DNA of 64,000 nucleotides from assembly GCA_951406725.2 (NCBI GenBank), contig OX597827.1:12586001-12650000 (forward strand), given 5' to 3'. Shown here piece after piece: positions 42,536-53,510 of the stretch. The notes under the pieces were generated by a model. The model saw only the letters and a list, made by a program, of their open reading frames with translations, did no database searches and had not been told where the DNA came from. This DNA comes from Octopus vulgaris (Eukaryota). Both the position numbers and the translations under genes were made by a program. The first letter of the stretch is position 1. Each line of letters starts with the position of its first letter.

Positions 42536-42881
42536 GAACACAGAAATAAACAGGGAAAGAAAATAGTATGTATGTATGTATGTATGTATGTATGTATATA
42601 TGCATGTTCCCTTGTACATTTTAATTATTTGAAATCTTCCAGTAAGGAAGGAATTGGTTTCTGTCAAAGATAAAATGTTGAATCATTGAAATGTAGATAA
42701 AAAGTCTATTTCACATGTTGAACTTCAGAAAAGTCTTGCATACTTTTAGTGTTCCACATACAGATTGTATTTGTAATATGTCTGTTGTTTTGTTCTTTCT
42801 GAAACCCTTAGCTTTTCCAGATTCTCATTTACTTGCAACACCAAGTTCGCCAGTTATTTTTTATTTGGTATACATGTGAAT

Positions 42882-43696
42882 ATATGTATGTATGTACGTA
42901 TGCATGTATGTACGTATGCATGTATGTATGTATGTATGCATGTATGTATGTATGTATGTATGTATGTATGTATGTATGTATGTATGTATGTATGTATGCA
43001 TGTATGTATGCATGCATGTATGTATGCATGTATGTATGTATACATGTATGTATGCATGCATGTATGTATGTATGCATGTATGTATGCATGCATGTATGCA
43101 TGTATGTATGTATGTATGTATGTATGTATGCATGCATACATGTATGTGTGTGTGTGTATGTATGTATGTATGTATGTATGCATGTGTGTGTGTACGTATG
43201 TATGTATGTATGTGTGTATGTATGCATGTATGTTTGTATGTGTATATGTATGTATGTATGCATGCATGTATGCATGTATGCATGTATATATGTATGCATG
43301 TATGTACGTACGTATGTATGTATGTATGTATGTATGTATGTATGTATGTATGTATGCATGTATGTATGTATGTATGTATGCATGCATGTATATATGTATG
43401 TATGCATGCATGCATTCATGCATGCATGTATGTATGTACGTATGTATGTATGCGTATATGCATGCATGTATGTATGTATGTATGTATGTATGTATGTATG
43501 TATGTATGTATGTATGTATGTATGTATGCATATATGTATGTTTGTATGTGTGTATGTATGTATGTATGCATGTATGTATGTATGTATGCATGCATGCATG
43601 CATGCATGCATGTATGTATGTATGTATGTATGTATGTATGTATGTATGTATGTATTATGTATGTATGCATGTATGTATGTATGTATGTATGCATGC
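42882..43696. repeat. ~810-bp (TATG/CATG)n compound microsatellite
   Basis: Seen directly. Confidence 0.95.
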
Positions 43697-44187
43697 AGAG
43701 CTGTCTTAACAGCGTTATAGGCCTTTGGGCAAATCAGTGTACTGGACTCCATTATATTTATTTATTTATTGACAGCAAGCCACGGCATACACGGATCATA
43801 AATGGACCCCTAGACCCATGAGGCCTCTGGGCAACTGCATAGTATAATCATGTTTTAAGATACCACTTTATGTATATATCTACATATGTATGCATGAGTG
43901 TGTATGACTTTATACATACGTGTACATGTACATCATGCAACAATCTAAGTTCATAGGTTTCACTATATAAAAATATTATCAGCTACTTTTGACTAAATGC
44001 AATGCTTCCATGCCTCAGTTTAAGTATTTGGTATTACATTTTGTAAGCAATTGCACCATTGATTATAGGTTTTTCAATGTGCCAATCACTCATTTATGGC
44101 ATCTGTCATTGACAGCAATACAGGACTTTTCATTGGTTATGGTTGACCATGGATTGTCATATCTACATGCAAGCTTGGGCAAGATAT

Positions 44188-44607
44188 GGAAGAGAGGAAT
44201 GAGGAGGAGGAGGAGGAGGAGGAGAAGGAGGAGGAGAAGGAGGAAGAAGAAGAAGGAGAAGGAGAAGAAGAAGAAGAAGAAGAAGAACAAAAACAAGAAG
44301 AAGAAGAAGAAGAAGAAGAAGAAGAAGAAGAAGAAGAAGAAGAAGAAGGAGAAGAAGACGAAGAAGAAGGGGAGAAGAAGAAGAAGAACAAGAACAAGAA
44401 GAACAAGAAGAGGAGGAAGAAGACGAAGACGAAGAAGAAGAAGAAGAAGAGGAGGAGGAGGAAGTAGAAGACGAAGAAGAAGAAGAAGAAGAAGAAGAGG
44501 AGAAGAAGAAAACGAAGAAGAAGGGGGAGAAGAAGAAGAAGAAGAAGAAGAAGAAGAAGAAGAAGAAGAAGAAGAAGAAGAAGAAGAAGAAGAAGAAGAA
44601 GAAGAAG
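44188..44607. repeat. (GAA/GGA)n purine tract
   Basis: Seen directly. Confidence 0.95.
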
Positions 44608-44955
44608 GCAGCTGGCAGCTACCCAAGCATGCATGTCTCCCTTCCCCATGTCTCCATGTTACCAATGTTTATCCAAAAGAAAGGTCACTATGCTGGGTCA
44701 ACAGAGCTTGACTCCCATGTCATCACGGCTATTGCTGCCAGAACGCAAACGGCTTGGCATGGCTCTGATTAAAAAGCTTGCTTTACAACTATGAGGCTTC
44801 AGGTTCAAACCTTGGTTAGATGTATTCTACTAAAACCCTGGGTCTTGTATGTATGCATTTATAATTGGTTTGCACACATTTCCATAGATTGAAAAGTATG
44901 TGTATACCTACCATATATACATTCACACACACACACGCACACATCTTTTCTTCTT

Positions 44956-45092
<137 letters not shown>

Positions 45093-45100
45093 TATTGATT

Positions 45101-45169
<69 letters not shown>

Positions 45170-45277
45170 TCACTACCTGAAATCAAACCTGGAATCTTGG
45201 GGTTAGTAGCTCGCACTCTTAATAATAACATCAAAATATACTTTAGGAATGAGAACCTAGGTTTGAAATTTCCCCAA

Positions 45278-45323
45278 GACACCTGATGAAGGCTGGAGGG
45301 TATATCAGCCGAAACATTGTGTT
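45278..45323 (+). ncRNA. Minimal type I hammerhead ribozyme motif in a Penelope-like fragment (about 45165-45366)
   Basis: GACAC-CTGATGA-A-GGCTG-(10 nt)-CAGCC-GAAA-CATT-GTGTT, with complementary stems I and II. Confidence 0.65.
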
Positions 45324-45525
45324 TACAACAAACAAGATATCCATAAATTGTAAATAATGTAAATAAACCAACACTAGTTGTCAAGTGGTGGTAGGAGACA
45401 AACACACGCAAACATAAAGACACATGCATGAATAGGTATATACAAACACACACGCACACACATATGTATATAAGCAAAATAGCCAGTTATAAAATCTCAA
45501 GAAGAGATAGAGTAGTAACATATAT

Positions 45526-45756
45526 TAAACAGCAAAGCAAGCAGCCACATCAAAGTGGTTGATGAATGTTACTATTACTTTAACCCTAGGCGGATTCTCT
45601 GCCACCTGGTTTTCGGTGCAAGCTCTGCACCCTTTATATATGATTGTATATAAAGGATGCAGCGCTTGCACTGAAAACCAGCTGGCGGAGAATCCGCCTG
45701 GGGTTAAAATAGTAGTAACATTCATCTGCCCCTTTGATGTGGCTACTTGCTTTACT

Positions 45757-45761
<5 letters not shown>
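45526..45761. mobile_element. ~236-bp fold-back (palindromic) MITE
   Basis: Two ~115-bp arms are imperfect reverse complements centred near 45643; TA ends. Confidence 0.88.
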
Positions 45762-45794
<33 letters not shown>

Positions 45795-45806
45795 GTGTGT
45801 GTGTAT

Positions 45807-45839
<33 letters not shown>

Positions 45840-46776
45840 ATGAGCTTCTTTCAGTTTCTGTTTGCCATATTTACTCACAAGGCATATGCATACATGTATA
45901 TGCATGTGTCTTAGTGTTTACTAAATAAACCAGCACTGCTTGACAACTGGTGTTGGTTTGTTTATGTCTCTGTAAATCAGCAGTTTGGCAAAAAGAGACT
46001 GAGAGAACAGGTGCCAGGGTGGTCACAGTCCAATGACAGATACAAGCAAAAGGTTAGGATGCATCACAATGTATCTCTTCTAGTAATCCTCCACCCTGGA
46101 TTCATCATACTCCTTTACTGACTTCAAATGGAGGAGAAAAAAAAGATGACCTTCACAAGATTTGAACTCAGAGCATAGAGAGTTGGATTCTAGTTCGAAT
46201 AATAATTCTAACAACTCTGCCACCTACATATTAGAAGAGAACAAATATCACAAAGAACTTTATCAGGGAGTATGTAGCACTTTTACATATTCACAAATAT
46301 CATTGTTCAATTTTAATTCTGCTGCACACTGCTAACAGCCTCCTCTCATTCTGCATTCTTTAAATTGAAAGGTAAATAGATATAATCCAGGTGTGCTATC
46401 AGCTCATGTTTTGTTAAATTGCTTTATTTTTTATTATAGTGATGTTTTATACAATGATGATCTCATTTGTTTTTAATTCTGATTAATTATATTATTGTTA
46501 CTTCATAGCTTTTGTAAATGATTAATTAAATTCTTCGTTTTATTTAATCTATTCATTACCTATCTCATTTTTTTCTTGTTTATCTACTTTTTTTGCCATT
46601 TGTCTCAATGTGACATTTTTCTATATTACCTGAACTGTTGTGTAACATCAGGGTTAACTTTGCCTTTCATTTTTCACACTCACTAAAAATATACCCATCA
46701 GCTATTGGAATTGATAATACTGATATCTATTATAATTAATATCTATATAATTAATCTATATAATATAATATATTTT

Positions 46777-47020
46777 TACGTGCCGGTGGCATGTAAAAAG
46801 CACCATCTCATCATGGCCGTTTGCCAGCCTCGTCTGGCACGTAAAAAGCACCCACTACACTCACGGAGTGGTTGGCGTTAGGAAGGGCATCCAGCCGTAG
46901 AAACATTGCCAGATCAGACTGGGCCTGGTGCAGCCTTCTGGCTTCCCAGACCCCAGTTGAACTGTCCAACCCATGCTAGCATGGAAAGCGGACACTAAAC
47001 GAAGATGATGATGATGATGA
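46777..47020 (+). mobile_element. Family G retroposon, 3' part with (GAT)n tail
   Basis: GGTTGGCGTTAGGAAGGGCATCCAGC...GCTAGCATGGAAAGCGGAC, shared with the copies at 48775 and 56313. Confidence 0.85.
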
Positions 47021-47115
47021 TATCTATATAATATAATCTATATAATAAATATCTATCTATCATTCATCGCAAGTAACTGGCCTTGTGCTTATATTAGATA
47101 TTATTATTATTATTT

Positions 47116-47345
47116 AGGTGGCATGTTGGCAGAACTGTTATTACGCCAGGCAAAATGCTTAGTCGTGTATTTCACCCTTTATTACGTTCTGTGTTCAAAT
47201 TCTGCTAAGGTCAACTTTACCTTTCATCCTTTCAGGGTCGATAAATTAAGTACCAGTGAAACAATGGGTTTGACATATTCAACTAGTCCCCTCCTACTAA
47301 ATTTCAGTCTGTGTCTTTATAGTAGAAAGTATTATTATTATTATT
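47116..47345 (+). mobile_element. SINE family B with (ATT)n tail
   Basis: Homology to family B. Confidence 0.8.
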
Positions 47346-47392
47346 TGGCCTGCCGGTGCTACCAGGGGGTGGTGGGCACTACTGGTTCAAGA

Positions 47393-47482
47393 TATTGAGT
47401 TGTCCGGGAAGTTTGTGCCGATTTTTAAAGGAAATAAAAAGGTCAATAAGTACTTGCCATTACATTTTTAATCAACCACATA
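47393..47482. mobile_element. Possible single mariner end fragment
   Basis: TATTGAGTTGTCCGGGAAGTTTGTGCCGATTT resembles mariner TIRs (recall only); no partner end found. Confidence 0.35.
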
Positions 47483-47484
47483 TG

Positions 47485-48058
47485 ACTTGGGGTCGAACAG
47501 CTGTTGTCACATGTGGGACAGATCTGTCTGTTTTCCTTGGTGACTGTGGTGAAAAGGTTGTTTGGTGGACAAGGCTGAAAGGCACGAGGACAGATACATT
47601 CTTATTTTTGCAGAGCTCTCATTGTCTTCTTCAAGTTTCAATTGAAAAAGAAATTAAGATTGGAGAGGAAGGTGCTGTCCTTGAGTGAGTTTATTGAAAG
47701 GTGGGCGAAAGTTGTGAAAATGGCAAGAGTCAGAGAGAAAGAATTGGTGAGGGCAACTTGCACCTGGGGTTTCAGGGAAATCTTGGACAGTGGGGTTTCT
47801 AGAGGCCCTCCTGATACAGGAAGGCTACATCTCTTTCATCCTCCCCACCACTTTTTTTTTAAACTGTGCATATGTCCCTTCGTTTTCAGCATATATTGTG
47901 TATATCCTTATATCCTTATAAATGTTTTAGCCCAAAGGCCGCGGCCATGCTGGGGCACCTTCTTTCATTCATTTATTTGTTTTTTTATCATTTCATTATA
48001 TGTAAACCCCCAACACTTTATGTCTGTCTTTGTATTGTCCCCCACATCCTTCGCCCTT
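47485..48058 (+). mobile_element. 3' fragment of a Tx1/L1-like LINE (ORF2 C-terminus plus UTR)
   Basis: Frameshifted KVVWWTRLKG...LKKKLRLERKVLSLSEFIERW resembles Tx1/L1 ORF2 termini (recall); the UTR end resembles the SINE B1 tail. Confidence 0.6.
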
Positions 48059-48475
48059 ACTCTCTCTTTTACTCTTTTACTTGTTTCAGTCATTTGACTG
48101 CGGCCATGCTGGAGCACCGCCTTTTAATCAAGCAACTCGACCCCGGGACTTATTCTTTTGTAAGCCCAGTACTTATTCTATCGGTCTCTTTTGCCGAACC
48201 GCTAAGTAACGGGGACATAAACACACCAGCATCGGTTGTCAAGCAATGCTAGGGGGACAAACACAGACACACAAACACACATGCACACACACATATATAT
48301 ATACATATATACAACGGGCTTCTTTCAGTTTCCGTCTACCAAATCCACTCACAAGGCATTGGTCTGCCCGGGGCTACAGTAGAAGACACTTGCCCAATAT
48401 GCCATGCAGTGGGACTGAACCTGAAACCATGTGGTTGGTTAGCAAGCTACTTACCACACAGCCACTCCTGCGCCT
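48059..48475 (-). mobile_element. SINE family A
   Basis: Full-length homology to other A copies. Confidence 0.9.
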
Positions 48476-48774
48476 ATGCTCACACAAGTAATAGTTGATG
48501 TTATGATAGTAGTGATTGAGGAGGCAGTGGATTTGGTTGTTAAGGTAGTGGTGGTGGCAGCAATGATGGTGTTGATAATAGCAAATGGATAAAAGAACAC
48601 AGTGAGGGAGCAATTGAGAGAAAGAGATAACTAAATATGCAGTGATGTTACACACCATCTCCTTAGTATCCGCTGTCTGTCTCACATTCTCTCATTCTCT
48701 TTCCTGTCTCTCTCTCTCTCTTTCTCTTTTTCTCTTTCTCTTTGTATCTCTTACACCAATGTCCCACCTGCCAT

Positions 48775-49402
48775 TTCTTCCTTCTTTGGACACTAAAACT
48801 CTGCTTGCAAAGACCTGTTGAGGCAAGTGAAATCAAAAATCAAAATCAAAAATCAAAATCAAATTCGATGACTGGCATCCGTGCTAGCAGGGTGGCAAAG
48901 AGCATCACACGAATGTGATCATTGACAGAGCAGCTAACCAGCTTCCATGCCAGTGGCACTTAAAAAGTACCATTTGAGTGTGATCGTTACCAGCATCGCC
49001 TTACTGGCACTTGAGCCATGTGCTAGTAGGGTATTAATAGCACCATCCGAGCGTGATCATTGCCAGAGCAGCTATCTGGCCTCCATGCTGGTGGCACGTA
49101 CAAGACACCATTCGAGCGTAATCATTACCAGCATCACCTTATGGGCACCTGTGCTGGTGGCATGTGTAAAAGATTCAAGCGAGGTCGTTGCCAGTGCCGC
49201 CTGACTGGCCCCGTACCGGTGGCCCCTAAAAGCACCTACTACACTCTCAGAGTGGTTGGCGTTAGGAAGGGCATCCAGCTGTAGAAATTCTGCCAGATCA
49301 AGATTGGAGCCTGGTGCAGCCATCTGGTTCGCCAGCCCTCAGTCATTCGTCCAACCCTTGCTAGCATGGAAAGTGGATGTTAAATGATGATGGTGATGAT
49401 GA
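48775..49402 (+). mobile_element. Family G retroposon, long copy with internal ~60-bp tandem units
   Basis: Repeated units GCTGGTGGCAC.TAAAA.GCACCATT.GAG.GTGATC.TT.CCAG followed by the common 3' tail. Confidence 0.85.
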
Positions 49403-50236
49403 TATTTGGGTTATGTTGTCATCTTCTGTAGAGTCTCTCACCAGCTCATGTTAAAGGCTGCTTTGGAGTTGATGAAGTTGATCATTGGCTAGCCTAAAAC
49501 CAAAGTGACCATCTTCTGTTTTACCTTTCATCTTTACCTTTCGTTCTGAAAACTTGAAATATTTTGAACTCTTTGATAACCAGTAACTATAATAATGAAA
49601 TCATCTTGGACATTTATTAATTAAATTTTTCACTTAGTGTATTTTCCAGCATACAAGACAACATAGTATATGTCAAGGTAGATTTTTCTGTCAAAAACTC
49701 AATGTTTAAATCTATATTCATCATATGAATTGATCCTCCCACTTTTCTCTCAAATAACCATTCTACCAGAGATTTTTCTTTCTAGGTATGTTTTGATTGA
49801 ACAGGCATTTTTGGTGAAAGATTTCACAACAAGGTGAAAAAAAGTGAAATAAAGAGCAAGTTTCCATGTTTGATTATTTCAACTTTGATATTCAATATTT
49901 GCTTTTATTTGCAATTATAATCTCACATCAATACAAACAGAAAGTAATTATAAAGAAAATTAAGAAATAATTAAATTTTTTTTATATGTCATCATAGTAA
50001 ACTGAGAAAAAACATTCAAACATCATCACTAATTTTTCAAATCCTGCTGCTTTTCACATGGAATTCTTTGGTTTTAGTGCTTAAGTTGGCCTACCTTTTT
50101 TTGGCTATAAATTTCAGCCTAGATATCTTGAACACTATGCTGGAAAATACAGTGTTAGTGTTACAAACATATAGGTCTCTTCTTTTAGAAATCCATTCTC
50201 TTTTCTGCAGCATACTGAATATTATGTGTAATCTTT

Positions 50237-50624
50237 GTGGAGGCGCAATGGCCCAGTGGTTAGGGCAGCGGACTCGCGGCCGTAGGACCGCGGTTTCGAT
50301 TCCCAGACTGGGCGTTGTGAGTGTTTATTGAGCGAAAACACCTAAAGCTCCACGAGGCTCCGGCAGGGGCTGGTGGTGATCCCTGCTGTACTCTTTCACC
50401 ACAACTTTCTCTCACTCTTACTTCCTGTTTCTGTTGTACCTGTATTTCAAAGGGCCGGCCTTGTCACTCTCTGTGTCACGCTGAATATCCCCGAGAACTA
50501 CGTTAAGGGTACACGTGTCTGTGGAGTGCTCAGCCACTTACACGTTAATTTCACGAGCAGGCTGTTCCGTTGATTCGGTTCAACCGGAACCCTCGTCGTC
50601 GTAACCGACGGAGTGCTTCCATCC
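50237..50624 (+). mobile_element. SINE family C, full length with perfect 16-bp TSD
   Basis: ATTATGTGTAATCTTT at 50221-50236 and 50625-50640; A-box TGGCCCAGTGG and B-box GTTTCGATTCC. Confidence 0.95.
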
Positions 50625-51188
50625 ATTATGTGTAATCTTTACCAGCTTTTAGTACTTCAAGACCGATGGCATCATCTCTACTGATGGAAGATTTATGATT
50701 TATCATGTCAGTTTATGAGAAAGATTGAAACAGCATGAAAGATAAAAAAAACATAGAGTGCAATGGAAGATAAAGGCAGTAACATGCATTTCAACACAGC
50801 TGAGGTACTTCAGTCTTGGCAAGATCATTTCAGCGTTTTAACACTAAATACCCATACAACCTGGAAGCAATATAAGAAATCCCAGATGGTCCAGCTTATG
50901 TGGATACTCATGCAGAAATAATAAATGAGGAATTTGAAAACAGGATAAACAGAATGGATATATATAAAAAGAATATGTATGTATAATAAAAGAATGTTTA
51001 TAATAAAAAGAATATATATGTGTATGTGTGTATACTCTGAAAGTAAAGGTAGAAGAGACGCCACTGAGAATCTTATGTGACTTCCTAATGATTCTGCCTG
51101 CTCAAAATAAATGATAAGGAGGAAATTGAAAATAGAGTTTGTAAACTTCAGTGCAAATAACAATAAACATGTTACCTATTTATGAACT

Positions 51189-51592
51189 AGGCGCAGGAGT
51201 GGCTGTGTGGTAAGTAGCTTGCTAACCAACCACATGGTTCCAGGTTCAGTCCCACTGCATGACATCTTGGGCAAGTGTCTTCTACTATAGCCTCGGGCCG
51301 ACCAAAGCCTTGTCAGTGGATTTGGTAGACGGAAACTGAAAGAAGCCTGTCATATGTATATATGTATGTGTGTGTTTGTGCGTGTGTTTGTCCCCCTAGC
51401 ATTGCTTGACAACCGATGCTGGTGTGTTTACGTCCCCGTCACTTAGCGGTTCGGCAAAAGAGACCGATAGAATAAGTACTGGGCTTACAAAGAATAAGTC
51501 CCGGGGTCGATTTGATCGACTAAAGGCAGTGCTCCAGCATGGCCGCAGTCAAATGACTGAAACAAGTAAAAGAGTAAAAGAGTAAAGAGTAA
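51189..51592 (+). mobile_element. SINE family A, full length
   Basis: Full homology; (GAGTAAAA)n tail. Confidence 0.92.
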
Positions 51593-51672
51593 TGATGAGA
51601 GCTGATGCATAAACCAAACACAGTCTTCTGAATTAAATTATTATATTAGTAGACCAGCACTCCGTTGGTCAG

Positions 51673-52408
51673 TAGAGGTGCATGACTCCATGGTTAGAGT
51701 ATTGAGTTCACAATCATGAGGTAGTGAGTTTGATTCCCAGACCAGGTTGTGTGTTGTGTTCTTCAGCAAGATACTTTATTTCACGTTGCTCCAGTTCACT
51801 CAGTTGTAGAAATGAGTCGCAATATCACTGGTGCCAAGCTGCATTGATCTTTGTCTTTCCCTTGAATAGGAGGAAGCACTCCGTCGGTTATGACGACGAG
51901 GGTTCCGGTTGATCCTATCAACGGAACAGCCTGCTTGTGAAATTAACGTGTAAGTGGCTGAGCACTCCACAGACACGTGTACCTTTAACGTAGTTCTCGG
52001 GGATATTCAGAGTGACACAGAGAGTGACAAGGCCGGCCCTTTGAAATACAGGTACAACAGAAACAGGAAGTAAGTGTGAGAGAAAGTTGTGGTGAAAGAG
52101 TACAGCAGGGATCACCGCCATCCCCTGCCGGAGCCTCGTGGAGCTTTTAGGTGTTTTTGCTCAATAAACACTCACAACGCCCGGTCTGGGAATCGAAACT
52201 GCGATCCTACGACTGCGAGTCCACTGCCCTAACCACTGGGCCATTGCGCCTCCTCCCTTGAATAACATCAGTGGCATGGAGCAGGGAGGATGGTGTGCAT
52301 TGACGACTGCTGGTCTTTCACAAACAGCCTTACCTGGACTTGTATCTTGAAGGGTAACTTTCTACGTGCAATCCTATGGTCATTCATGACCAAAGGGTGT
52401 CTTTAACC
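51673..52408 (+). mobile_element. SINE family D interrupted by SINE C
   Basis: D sequence at 51673-51868 continues at 52254-52408. Confidence 0.85.
51869..52253 (-). mobile_element. SINE family C with 11-bp TSD
   Basis: TCCCTTGAATA at 51858-51868 and 52254-52264. Confidence 0.93.
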
Positions 52409-52414
52409 TTTCTT

Positions 52415-52700
52415 ACTCTGTTGACTATGACGATGAGGGTTCCAGGTGATCCAATCAATAGAACAGGCTGCAAGTGAAACTAATGTGCAAGCCATTGAGT
52501 ACTCCACATACCTTTAATGTAGTTCTCAAGGAGATTCAGTGTGACATAGACTATAACAAGATTGGTCCTTTGATATACAGGTACGACTGACTTTTGCCAG
52601 CTGAGTCGACTCAACAAGAGCAACATGAGAAAAAAGGTCTTGCTCAAGAACACAATGCACCACCAGGAATTGAATACACAGCTGTAAGGTTGCAAGCCAA
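52415..52700 (-). mobile_element. SINE family E (CORE-like body, tail T), old copy
   Basis: Homologous to 63823-64000 and to the C tail; its extreme 3' end lies at about 51656-51670. Confidence 0.7.
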
Positions 52701-52824
52701 GTTTACTATACAGGTTGCTAATTCCAAAGTGTCAGAAAGGAAAACAATTGGTTTCTGTTTTGCCTTTTCACGAAATATGCCATCTTTTAATTTTCTACAG
52801 GCCTTACAATCCAGGAAACCTATA

Positions 52825-53235
52825 GGTACAAGGGTGGCTGTGTGGTAAGACTTTTGGTATCCTAGCCACATGGTTCTTTGTTTAGTCCCATTTTGGGACA
52901 TCTTGGACATGTGTTTTCTACTATAGCCTGGGCTGACCAAAGACAAGTGTCTAGATTCCCAAATTCACCTACAGAAACCTGTTGTGTATATATATATGCA
53001 TGTGTGTATGTGTGTGTATGTGTGTGTGTGTGTCTTTGTGTTTTTCTCTCACCGCTGCTTCACAACTGGTGGGGGTTTGTTTATATCCCAATGATTTAGC
53101 AGTTTTGCAAAAGAAACCAATAGAATAAGCATGAAACTTCAAAAAAGAAAAAAACTGGGGTCAGTTCATTTGGCTAAAACCCTTCAAGGTGGTGCCCCAG
53201 CATAGCCACAGCCTAATGACTGAAGCAAGCAAAAG

Positions 53236-53237
<2 letters not shown>
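52825..53237 (+). mobile_element. SINE family A, degenerate
   Basis: Homology to family A. Confidence 0.7.
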
Positions 53238-53271
<34 letters not shown>

Positions 53272-53276
<5 letters not shown>

Positions 53277-53498
53277 CTTTACTACCCACAAGGGGATAAA
53301 CACAGAGGGGACAAACAAAGACAGAAACGGATTAAGTCGATTACATCAACCCCAGTGCGTAACTGGTACTTAATTTATTGACCCCGAAAGGATGAAAGGC
53401 AAAGTCGACCTCGGCAGAATTTGAACTCAGAACGGAGCGGCAGACGAAATACAGCTATGCATTTCGCTCAGCGTGCTAACGGTTCTGCCAGCTCGCTG
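53272..53498 (-). mobile_element. SINE family B1 in (TA)n
   Basis: Homologous to 27244-27477. Confidence 0.9.
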
Positions 53499-53510
53499 TA
53501 TATGCATATA

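Noticed and set aside
50237-50310. tRNA genes at SINE heads
   Set aside because: A/B boxes are present but there is no complete cloverleaf or acceptor stem, and each head continues into a SINE body, some with TSDs.
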